A DNA stretch of 62,538 nt, filler included, from Stramenopiles sp. TOSAG23-2 (taxonomy: Eukaryota): the NCBI GenBank assembly GCA_900128395.1. It is 8 parts of 8 records of this genome, joined end to end, with 100 filler letters (N's around TTAATTAATTAA, not from the genome) between each part and the next. Parts side by side here need not be neighbours in the genome. Positions count along the whole stretch, not along the records: positions 26,414 to 52,711 come from LT649438.1; 7 more parts are not named here. One strand, written 5' to 3'. The notes under the pieces were generated by a model, which was not told the DNA's origin, searched no databases, and saw only the letters and a program-made list of their open reading frames with translations. Below, one piece after another: positions 30,901-40,304 of the stretch. Each line of letters opens with the position of its first letter. Within the stretch, counting starts at the first letter, position 1. Made by a program: the position numbers and the translations under genes.

Positions 30901-33252
30901 ATTTCGTAACGCTGTTAATGCCTCGCTATGCATTTTCTCCATTTTCCTATATTTATCCTCTAAATCTTTGTATTTAAGATCTTTTTCATCTTTCTCATTT
31001 CCATAGTCAACTTTTAAATCTTCTAGCGTTTGTTTATGTGACATTTGCACGCTTTGTAAATGTTCTTTTAATCTCTCAATTTCTAACGCAGAGCTTTCTT
31101 GTATTTGTTGTCGAAAGTTTTCAAAGTTTTTCGATTGATCATCTAATTGTTTTTGGTTTATTTCATCTCTTAAAATCATTTGTTTCTCTTTTTCATCTTG
31201 CAAGCGTTTCAATTCGCTAGCAAGTCTATTGCTGTAGTTTTCTTCATTTTGCCGAATTGTTTGTTGCAGAGTGTCTACTTGGCTTTTTAAATGTTTCAAT
31301 TCGCTAGCAAGCCTATTGCTGCAGCTTTCTTCATTTTGCCGAATTGTTTGTTGTAGTCTATTGCTGTAGCTTTCTTCATTTTGTCGAATTGTTTTTTGTA
31401 GAGTGTCTACTTGGTTTTTTAAATGTTTCAATTCGCTAGCAAGTCTATCGCTGTAGCTTTCTTCATTTTGTCGAATTGTTTTTTGTAGAGTATCTACTTG
31501 GTTTTTTAAATGTTCGATTTCTTCTTCAAGATTATAAACTTCGCTGGAATGTCTTGCATCTAACGTCTGTCGTTTCTTACTGCGCTCCGAGAGTGTATGC
31601 TCTAGCTGCGACAATTGTTCCTCTAAATTTTGAGTTCGTTGTATATGAACCCTGTTAATATTAGCAATATCATTTATCTTTTCTTTTTCAGAATTCGTAA
31701 TTTTATTTTCAAGCCTTGAAATCGTTATTGCAGCTAATTTCAATTCCTCCTCTGTTTGCTGGTGTTTTACTTTAAGCATTTCCATATCTTTTAAATATGA
31801 CTCTTCTTTTTGTTGAAGTGATAATGTCAAATTTGATACATTGGCTTCATATTTTTTGGCCATTTCTTCTTTTTCGTGAAGTGCATGAAACAATCTTGTT
31901 TGCTCATCTTTTAATGCATTTGTATTTGCCGTGTTTAATTCTTCTATGGTCTTTTTGTGCGACTGTTCTAATTTTGTTACATTTTCCTCTTTGTTATGAA
32001 TTTTTTGCCTCTCATGATTCAAAGTCGTTTGTAAACTAGTCAATTCGCCAGTCAAACGTGCATTATCATTTTCTAATTTATGTAGACTTATTTGTACATC
32101 TTTTCTTTTAGCAATTTCATCATTTTTGACTTTTTCTATATTATCTACATGGTTTTGTTTCAATTCTTCTATTTGTTTTTGTAATTCTTGATGTTCTTTT
32201 TTTAACTTTACAACAATTTCAGTATGTTTTGATTTCATTTCCTCAATCGTACTTTTTTTTTCAGTTTGAAAGTTTTTTGTTAATTCATTTATACGTAACG
32301 AAGCATTTTTTCTGATTTCTATCTCATTTTTTGCCATACGATTAACTTCCTCTTTATATTTAGACAATTGCATTTCATAACTCTTTCTGAAATCATCCAC
32401 AAAGTTTTCAGTTTGCATTTTCGATTGATGCATATCCCGGTCATATAGTAATTGATTTTCCTTTATTTTCTTTTCTAAATTTTTAGTTTTCTCAACTAAA
32501 TCATTGAAACGAGTTGTCATATCACGCCTCTCAATATTATGTTGTGTTACATTCTCTTCGGTAATATCTTCTGATTCCAGCACTTTAAAAATTGGTTTGA
32601 CTAAAATTAGCTGTGAAGTCGCAAGTTTATACTTTTTTTCCAACGATTTCTTCTCTATGCGTGATTTTGATAAAATATCTTCAATATTTGTTGAATAGGA
32701 TAAGACATCATTTACTTTTTTTTCATACTTTTCAACTGTTTCCATCTTTTCTTTAATAAATGTTTCTTCTATTTCTTTTTTATCGTTCACATTATTTAAT
32801 TTAATTTTTTCGATTTCATTTCGAAAATGTTCTTGTATTTCTTTCTTTTGTAAGTTATGAGTTAAAATCTCACGGTACTGGATATTACATAAATGTCTAG
32901 TCACGCGTTTAAAAATTTGTATGCGCTTTCGTTCATCTGTTATGCCTAGTTCTGTTATATATTGTTCCGCTACTACTTCCGGATCGTCACCTACTTTTAT
33001 AGATATATCAGCCACACTCCCTCTTCTTTTTCTTGGGGAGGAAGGCTGTCGCGGGATCGAAGATAATGGAACGGTTTTTGATTCAATAACAATACCGCCT
33101 TTATTATTAGTTGGGGTGATGTTCGTTGTTGTAGTTTGATTACTATCAATGGAGACGGTAGTGTTATTATCAGATTTATTATTGGTATCAATGGAAGCCT
33201 CAGTCACAGCATTTAACTTTGATTGCATTTTTTTCATAAAATCTAAATTCAT
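27931..33252 (-). CDS. Long coiled-coil protein with C-terminal Sfi1-like (F/L-x-x-W) repeats
   Basis: Heptad-rich E/K/Q composition; FSKW, FMKW, FYLW, LTKW, FRIW, FYPW, FTLW at roughly regular spacing. Confidence 0.7.
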   Translation of the reverse strand: MNLDFMKKMQSKLNAVTEASIDTNNKSDNNTTVSIDSNQTTTTNITPTNNKGGIVIESKTVPLSSIPRQPSSPRKRRGSVADISIKVGDDPEVVAEQYITELGITDERKRIQIFKRVTRHLCNIQYREILTHNLQKKEIQEHFRNEIEKIKLNNVNDKKEIEETFIKEKMETVEKYEKKVNDVLSYSTNIEDILSKSRIEKKSLEKKYKLATSQLILVKPIFKVLESEDITEENVTQHNIERRDMTTRFNDLVEKTKNLEKKIKENQLLYDRDMHQSKMQTENFVDDFRKSYEMQLSKYKEEVNRMAKNEIEIRKNASLRINELTKNFQTEKKSTIEEMKSKHTEIVVKLKKEHQELQKQIEELKQNHVDNIEKVKNDEIAKRKDVQISLHKLENDNARLTGELTSLQTTLNHERQKIHNKEENVTKLEQSHKKTIEELNTANTNALKDEQTRLFHALHEKEEMAKKYEANVSNLTLSLQQKEESYLKDMEMLKVKHQQTEEELKLAAITISRLENKITNSEKEKINDIANINRVHIQRTQNLEEQLSQLEHTLSERSKKRQTLDARHSSEVYNLEEEIEHLKNQVDTLQKTIRQNEESYSDRLASELKHLKNQVDTLQKTIRQNEESYSNRLQQTIRQNEESCSNRLASELKHLKSQVDTLQQTIRQNEENYSNRLASELKRLQDEKEKQMILRDEINQKQLDDQSKNFENFRQQIQESSALEIERLKEHLQSVQMSHKQTLEDLKVDYGNEKDEKDLKYKDLEDKYRKMEKMHSEALTALRNENAIEIEKMEEDKNNIMIQHVDKYRRMEKMHSEALTALRNENAIEIEKMEEDKNNIMIQHVDKYRRMEKMHSEALTALRNENAIEIEKMEEDKNNIMIQHVDKYRTMEKMHSEALTALRNENAIEIEKMEEDKNNIMIQHVKVQEELNARHVKDLHELQERLTKGQHQANETLMKQLEDEAERHNHEIKIEREKYQEQIQLLEQRWLKRQEDLKIALNVEYESRKGNLLQEFQQTIDDQKEKYDRLHEEKEGLNEKHQNKKQELLAAHEEVKLKYEQDLQRLKEEHEIALEKEREKVKLEHQERYLNLKRDYDRVKEQFEERVKLMEDSHQRTVNSTSGSYKSAIEELKNEITNQKVLQDKDASQFKSKIDRLKEEKLKVENIYESKMNKTISDMRDKHHQSVAVLKDEYAANLTKEKMILYLNILIKNCLKHFLKRKHKGFSKWLKVTEELRHKQEGYNKAAKFVVRSVLRYIRKKQHGHFMKWVQATQKSRSISQMKAVKGKQVLKRWFRVVEAKWQKRVSESFYLWYKYGIFQKNKDKSYNDVAAFIIREIIRSMKARQKQVLTKWKLIIEREKHLEKLNNLENTITQVNENHEKALNNLENTMTQVNENHESALIKEMVLRSFVVNVKKHTHHIMNLAFRIWEMATKQADTAELLGFVESNYKEKISEMTENFEVQVNKEKRIRQEEHETHTLKSCVKRIIWIYTEKLRRGFYPWKNKYKTEKQRHAAALMLYNCMQNNIARSTQTKFTLWLRTTLIKRSNAQRKRILENFRKVESYWEHRVKSITEERDIKHEKQIQKMINLKDELTQRLTQHKGRIKISNDKFIKKMKMEFDTAVKKLKIQYEEKVKKIKEKQDTNAQKVNINKPTLVDDVAAVPAPRRKSILSILKKQDKSLTRRHSIGNFGRAQSTTAATQFAKQQVQSFPSPQFQLRVPTATSPVSKTSTTVSNDTSSNYAIPRRSSLRAKNRRKSGTAGLRALMGVKTK
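30478..30957. repeat. Four near-identical 120-bp in-frame tandem repeats (40 aa); further ~84-bp repeats at ~31200-31515
   Basis: DKYR.MEKMHSEALTALRNENAIEIEKMEEDKNNIMIQHV occurs four times with a few SNPs. Confidence 0.9.
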
Positions 33253-33968
33253 TTTTATCTATTTTACATATATATATATATATACAAATTATATCAGAAA
33301 CCTTGTATTATTATTACAGAATGTTTAAATTTATAGGTATTACATTTAAATAATGATATATATCTGGAATGAAACTACAATATGTACATACAATTAATTT
33401 AAAGTGAGTTGAAGGTTAACCTGATAAAGTAAAAAAAAAAAGTCTGTAATAAATAATAAAATAATAAATAATAAATAATCTATTAATAATAATAATAATA
33501 ACCGATGTTTTTTTTGTATTATTTGGTTGTTTGTTGTTTGCCAGGTTTGCCACATGTTTTGTTAGGTTTTTTTTTATTTTTGTGGTTTTTGTTATTTTTT
33601 GTCCCTTAATAACATTTCACTTTACTGTATAGTTATAGTACTAGCTAAATTACCAAGCTAAGGCAAGCCTTCCAAGCAAGTATTAATACAAAAATTACTG
33701 TAGTAGATGCTACAGCTATAGTAGATTACAAAGATAGTATGATGAAAAAAAGAAGATATGCCTTCTTTTCCAGGCTTCTTTTTTTTTCACAAAAAATGAA
33801 TAGAAAAAATAGAAAATAATATATAGACTATTATTTATACATACCTGGTATAGTATAACAAGGTGTAAACAACCACACAAGAAAACACAAACAAAATCAT
33901 AAATAACGTATTGTACACGACGCCAAAGACATACCGAAAATTTGAAGAAGAAAGGAACAAAAGAAAAA

Positions 33969-35657
33969 ATGATGAAAGATATTGTTTTAATTTTAGCAAT
34001 ATTATGTTATGCAACATCAGCAACGTTTCATCAAGAAATGGAAACAGATGCAAACTACATATCTGGAAATTCAATTTCACATGGTTATACTATTCGTAAT
34101 AGAACACCTAGAAATGAAAAGATTGAATTAGTTTTTGCTGTAAAACAACAAAATTTAAAAGAGCTAGAAACTATTCTATATGCTGTATCCGATCCATCAA
34201 ATAAAGAGGCGTATGGGAAACATTTGACGAATGATCAAGTACACCAACTTGTGGCCCCCAAACTTAAAGATATTAAGATGGTGAAAAAATTTCTTCATGA
34301 AAACAACGTAGAAATTACAAGTACAAGTATGAATAATGATTTTATTGTTGCTGTAGTACCAGTATCAGTAGCTGAAAGCCTTTTGCAGGCAGAGTATTAT
34401 GAATTTTATCATAAAGAAAGTGGCACATCTATACACCGTACCAAACAATACCACTTACCAAAAGATGTAGCAAATGCAGTTGATTTTGTATCTCCAACAG
34501 TTACTCTTCCAAACATTCGTAAAAAGATTGCTCAACCACCAAAGAAACCAAATAGCTTACTCAATGACCCTGAAGTACTTCGTAAATTGTATAGTGTTGG
34601 TAACACTCAAGGTTCTGGAAACAAGAAAAACAAGCAAGCTGTGACAGCTTTTTTGGAACAAAAATATAGTGCATCTGATTTGAAAGAATTTCAAGAGATA
34701 TTTTGCGGGAAAAACCAAACATTTCATTGTACAACACCAAGTGGCGTAGTTGTAGAAAAAGGTGACCAAAAAGGCACTGGGACTGGTACGGAATCAATGC
34801 TCGATATCGAATATATCAATGGTATGTCAGGTAATATTGATACTGAATTTTGGGGATTTTCTGGAAGATCTCCAGATAATAAAAACAATGAACCATTTTT
34901 AAAATGGCTAATGTTAGTTTCAAATACAACGGATGATGATGTACCACATATTTTTAGCACTTCGTATGGTGAAGATGAGGATTTATGTAGTTTTAATTGG
35001 GCGAAAAGAATCAATGCTGAATTTGTAAAGGCTGGTGCACGTGGTATTTCGCTATTATTTGCTGCTGGTGATAGTGGTGCCGCAGGTGACTCTGGTTGCG
35101 GTGGATCAAAACATAATGAATTTGTTCCTCAATGGCCATCTGGATCACCATATGTTACAGCGGTTGGTGGCACTGCAGGTCTTGGCAATGAAACAGCTAT
35201 CGGGCTTGGTAGTGGCGGTTTTAGCAATCGTTGGGCCCGTCCGTCATGGCAAAAAGACGCAGTTGCAAATTATAAAAAGACGACAAAATTGCCATCCAAT
35301 CCATTCAATGCTACTGGACGTGGTTTCCCCGATATATCAGCACAAGCTATTGATTTCATTGTAGTCATGCTTGGCATACCATTACCAGGAGTTAGTGGAA
35401 CATCATGTGCTTCACCAACAGCAAGTGGTATTTTCGGCTTGTTAAATGATCTTCGCTATGAATCTAATAAATCGCCATTAGGATTTTTAAATCCTTTTAT
35501 CTATCAAAATGCTGATGCATTTAATGATATTACCTCTGGAACTAATAATGGTTGCGGATTGAATCCAGGATATCCAGCGGCAAAAGGTTGGGATGCAGCT
35601 ACTGGAATCGGGAGTCCAGATTATCTTAAATTGAAATCTGCAGTTGAAAGTTTGTAA
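33969..35657 (+). CDS. TPP1: Sedolisin (peptidase S53), tripeptidyl-peptidase I-like, with prodomain
   Basis: Signal peptide, pro-domain (VSDP...YGKHLT), catalytic ESMLD, AAGDSG, GTS, calcium-site GWDAATGIGSPD. Confidence 0.92.
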   Translation: MMKDIVLILAILCYATSATFHQEMETDANYISGNSISHGYTIRNRTPRNEKIELVFAVKQQNLKELETILYAVSDPSNKEAYGKHLTNDQVHQLVAPKLKDIKMVKKFLHENNVEITSTSMNNDFIVAVVPVSVAESLLQAEYYEFYHKESGTSIHRTKQYHLPKDVANAVDFVSPTVTLPNIRKKIAQPPKKPNSLLNDPEVLRKLYSVGNTQGSGNKKNKQAVTAFLEQKYSASDLKEFQEIFCGKNQTFHCTTPSGVVVEKGDQKGTGTGTESMLDIEYINGMSGNIDTEFWGFSGRSPDNKNNEPFLKWLMLVSNTTDDDVPHIFSTSYGEDEDLCSFNWAKRINAEFVKAGARGISLLFAAGDSGAAGDSGCGGSKHNEFVPQWPSGSPYVTAVGGTAGLGNETAIGLGSGGFSNRWARPSWQKDAVANYKKTTKLPSNPFNATGRGFPDISAQAIDFIVVMLGIPLPGVSGTSCASPTASGIFGLLNDLRYESNKSPLGFLNPFIYQNADAFNDITSGTNNGCGLNPGYPAAKGWDAATGIGSPDYLKLKSAVESL

Positions 35658-36446
35658 AAATAAATGGAAATATATATATATATACTGCAAAAGAGAGAAA
35701 GAGAGAAAGAGAGAAAGAGAGAAAGAGAGAAAGAGAGATTCTTCAAAATTTATCTACTTTCTCTCTGTGATGTTTTTATTTCAAAAATATGTTTCTTGTA
35801 TTTATATTATTGGATATGCACATATGTACCTCGTATCATAGCTAGCTGGGCTAGCTCCTGGTATAATCCTGGAAATATAGCTAATGCTATTCCTATATAT
35901 ATAACTTCCATGCTATTCCAGCTTTATACGTTGGTCCTCCTCGTATGCATAGATGCAGAGACTTTTTACACACTATACCACCAGCTATTGGTAAATAGAC
36001 TACGACTGGTGATAGGACTTGTTCATTTTAAGTACATTGTTTTAAAATTGCGCAAAAAGTAAAAGTGTCCAAGTTGAGTCCGAAAGTTACATGATATTAT
36101 TTATATGTTGCTGATGTTTTTGCGTATACTATTTTAGAACTATACATCATGTACATGTATAAAAAAAACCATGCATAGTGTTACTAATCCACATGCGGGA
36201 TACGTATAGTGAAAACATGTTTATTAACCAATGCATTTAGAAGTATCCTCAATCCTTCTCTTTCTCCCTATTATCATTTTAAAAGAGATCGTATTATTAG
36301 ATAATTTAATAGAATATATCATACAAAAGTAATACAACAACGCGTCGTATTATATTCGTATATATATTTTACCACATTATTAATTAACATATATAGTATA
36401 TATTACAGATAAAATTAAATAGATATAGATTAATATATAGATAATA

Positions 36447-39066
36447 ATGTGTGCATTTTATCGACCAACTATTTATAAAGAATCTTTATATGCTTCGCCT
36501 TCAGAGAAAGAACTTATGATGAATAAAAAAAAATCACAACAAGAAGAGTTGAGGCAAAGTTATGTAAGGCAAATGGAAGAAATTAAACAACGTAAAAAAT
36601 TAGAAAAATTATTAGATAAAGCAGATGATTTAATATATTTGCAAACAGAAAAAGATTATTCACCATGGGGACGTGGTGGTGGTGGTGCACCCTTACGAGA
36701 TAATATGGGTGACGTTATTAGTGATTTAAATGCAGTTTATAGCGGAGAGCGCTCTCCTGTAAATGAACCGCTAAGTCCGACACGGAAAAATATTCTACAA
36801 GCTGCAGGAGCAACTGTTAGTGGGTTGGATGGTTTGTCTAATAAAAATTCAAGCATGATGTTTTCACCAGTCAAATCAAATAAACGAAATTCACCCCAAT
36901 TTAACGAATATAGAAAAAATGAGTTATTAAATGACTTATCGTACAAGTTAGAGCAACATCATAAAAGTAGCGCAGCAGCCTTTTTAGAAATAGATGATGA
37001 TAGGTCTGGCTCGATCGACGTCAATGAATTGGCAAAACTGTGCAAAAATTACAATTTGCCACTCAAACAAGTTCGTGAAGTAGTTCGTAGTTGTGATGTT
37101 GATCAAAATGGATTAATATCATTTGCTGAGTTTGCACAACAATTACGTTATTTGGAAGAATCTGGCAATGATACTATTATTGCACCAAATACAAAAAAAC
37201 GCCTTAGTCCAAAACCAGCAAACCATTTAAGCCCAAAAGGTGTATTGATGAAAGGAATGCCAGTTGGAATGAAAGCTGGCGAGAAGCGTCTTATATTAAT
37301 GGATACACCTCGTTCCTCTGAACAACGTAGACGAGATAGACATCGTAATAGATTGAAACGAGATTTAGATCAACAAATTGCGTATAAAAAAAGTTTAAAA
37401 CAAAAAGAAGAGGAAGAAATATTAGCCGAAGATTTACAATGGCAACAACAATTAGTACAAAAAGGGTTGGATTATTGGGGTCGACCAATTCCAGAAGGAG
37501 ATCCTAGAGGTACAGCAAGATTAATGGCACAAAATACGGTTGAAAAATTGCAAAGTTCTGGTTTATCACCGAAAGAAATATCGCAGAAAGCAGGTCGTAT
37601 GTATATACTTTTTTTTTAATATCCTATATAAAAACCAAAAACATTCTCTCTAACCAGCTAACATATAATAATTTATTTGATATGTAATATATATTTATTT
37701 ATATAAAAAAAAAATATAAAATGAAACAGGTCGTCGTCATAATCGAAATAATTTTGATGATATAGATAATGAAGAGGAAACAAAAGGTGAAATACCTTTT
37801 ATGGGAAGTTTACATGCAATGTATGCAAATCCAGAGGAAGAGGATAGAATGCAACGGACTCGAAATAGATTGCAAAATGATTTAGCAGAGCAAGTGATGG
37901 AAAATAAGACGAAAAAACTTGAGGAAGAATATACAAAGAAACGTGAAGAATTAGAATCACGTCAAAAAAAATTAGAGTCAGGATTAGATCATTGGGGTCA
38001 ACCAATTGCTGCTGGAGATCCATACCGAATTGCTAATAGAATGAGAAAAGAGGTAAAGGATATGTCTGATGATTTGCAGCAAATGAAAGAAAAATTAAGA
38101 AATGAAATGGATATTGATACATCGCCATATGATAATAGTAACAACAGTAATAATAATAATAATAATAATAATAGCAATCGCAAGTATGTAAATAGCAATA
38201 TGAATGAAATTTATGATCAGAATTTTGATGCATCAATAAATGATGAGTTGGATAAATTTATGACACCAAGGGATGTAAGAGAACGTATGATGATGGCACA
38301 AATACCTCGTACAGACAAAATGGATAGCGGAGAAAAACAAAATGTAGAAGAACGGCAATTTCAAAGAAATACTTATAATAATAATAAAAAATATGGTAAA
38401 GATGATGGGATGATGCTATCAAATGCAGATACACCAAGTGCAATGTCGGAAAAAAGCTTTGTCGGGTTGTTAAGTGATAAATTGTACGATATGATCAAAG
38501 GAGCAATGTGGAATGAAGCATATTTAAGACGTCTATTCCAACGTTTTGATTTAGATAATACAGGTAAAATTACAGCAACGAATTTCCGACGTGCATTTTC
38601 AAAGCTTGGATTAGCAGCAACGAAATCTGAAATTAATGAAATGTTAAAAAGATTAGATCCTAATCGTCGTGGAACAATTGATTACCTTGATTTTATTAAG
38701 ATTTGTGTTGTAAATGCGAAAACAAAACGAGCCAATCAATTACTAAAAGAAAGGAAGAAAAAGCGCCGTAATAAAGCTCGATCGGTACCAAAAGGTGGAC
38801 GAGGTGATTATGGACGCTATCGCAATGATCAAAGGAAACGAACAAAAAGACGTAAAAATCAAAATCCACAAATTGCATGGGAAGAAAGAAGAAATGCTGG
38901 TCGAACCGGTCGTTATCGTGCCTCTTCACAATATAAACAACCATCACAAAGTGACATTGATGCAAAGAAAATTGAACAATTAGTAACATTAACAAAACGT
39001 TTATTAAAAGAACAATCTGATTTACGAGCAAGTTTAGCACGAACAAATGAAGCATTGGGGGTGTAA
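36447..39066 (+). CDS. CSPP1/CCDC66-like centrosomal/ciliary protein with EF-hand pairs; two exons (36447-37596, 37730-39066)
   Basis: YSPWGRGGGGAPLRD motif; EF loops DDDRSGSIDVNE, DVDQNGLISFAE, DLDNTGKITATN, DPNRRGTIDYLD. Removing the intron joins ORFs 36447 and 37801 in frame. Confidence 0.75.
37597..37729 (+). other. 133-nt spliceosomal mRNA intron
   Basis: GTATGT donor, two CTAAC motifs (~37650-37662), A-rich tail, CAG acceptor; restores the frame. An alternative GT three nt upstream also keeps the frame. Confidence 0.85.
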
Positions 39067-39168
39067 AAAAATACGTACGTACCGAACACACGAGAAAGTG
39101 CGTACTGTACAGGTATTATAATAAAACTTATTCCATTTTAAATAAACTTTATATATGAATAGTTATAT

Positions 39169-39907
39169 CCTTGTCAATAAGAGGGAAATAAGTGCCTCGA
39201 AAAAGCGTTGCAGTGGTTGGGATAGGAGTAGGGTTAGAGGATATTTTTTAAAAAAATCAAAGAGAGTTATTTATTTCAATGCTATTTCAATGCTATTTGA
39301 AAATGACACATCTACACATACATGTGCATAAAAACATATATATAATCAAGATTTATAATAATACAACAAATCAAATATCATATTCAGATACATAAAAACA
39401 CCGTTGAATTATTATTTTGTTTAATATATGTATATATTTATTCAACGTGTACTCACTGAAAAAACATAATAATACACTGTGTATTAAAATATAATGCTGT
39501 GTAGTGTTAAATATGGGAAAATTTGCGTTGCAACTGACACATATCATGCTATTAACGGATTCAAATTCAAATTGTAATAAAAGCAACCATCAACATTATT
39601 TATTTATATCCCTGTGAACAACACCTGCTCGATATAGTATACTTCGTTGTATATTTGGTATGTTTAATTAACACATTTCTAAAATATCACAATGTTATTT
39701 TGTACTTGATTTTATTGTTTTGATAGGAATCATATCAGGCATATTTTCGTCGTGTGTTCCGACTACTTTTTGATTTTTTTTTAAATATCCTCTAACCCTA
39801 CTCCTATCCCAACCTACTCTGGACACCAGAGATTTTCCTGACAAGGAAAATAATCCCAACCACTGCAACGCTTTTTCGAGGCACTTATTTCCCTCTTATT
39901 GACAAGG
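39169..39907. mobile_element. Non-autonomous TIR element (MITE-like), about 740 bp
   Basis: Terminal inverted repeats CCTTGTCAATAAGAGGGAAATAAGTGCCTCGAAAAAGCGTTGCAGTGGTTGGGAT..., about 90 bp in total; non-coding interior. Confidence 0.8.
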
Positions 39908-40304
39908 TACATATATAAAATATTTTTTTGTGTTTCTAAAAAAATAAAAAAATTAAAATGATTTCAATGATGGCTGGTTTCCAATCATCACAGGATAATA
40001 GTTAATTTAAGGGTTGCCAGATTGACAGATTTGACCTTAACTTATTAACATTAAGCTACCACTCAGATGAAATATTTTAATTTTTTTTAGGGAGACAAGG
40101 GCAACACAAGTGCAATAATAACGAGTTGTTGCAATACACAAATAAAACAATAAGAAAAACTAAAAGAAAAACAATAATAAATGAATGAATGAAAACATTG
40201 AACATAAACAGAAAAAATACTAAAGACAAGATATTTCTAAAACCATAAAGATTCAAAACATATATACATACACACACATAAAGAACGCGCAAAAGAAAAA
40301 ATAT

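Noticed and set aside
30478-30957. Regular direct repeats as a possible CRISPR array
   Set aside because: Contiguous in-frame 120-bp coding repeats with no unique spacers and no cas genes, in a eukaryotic context.
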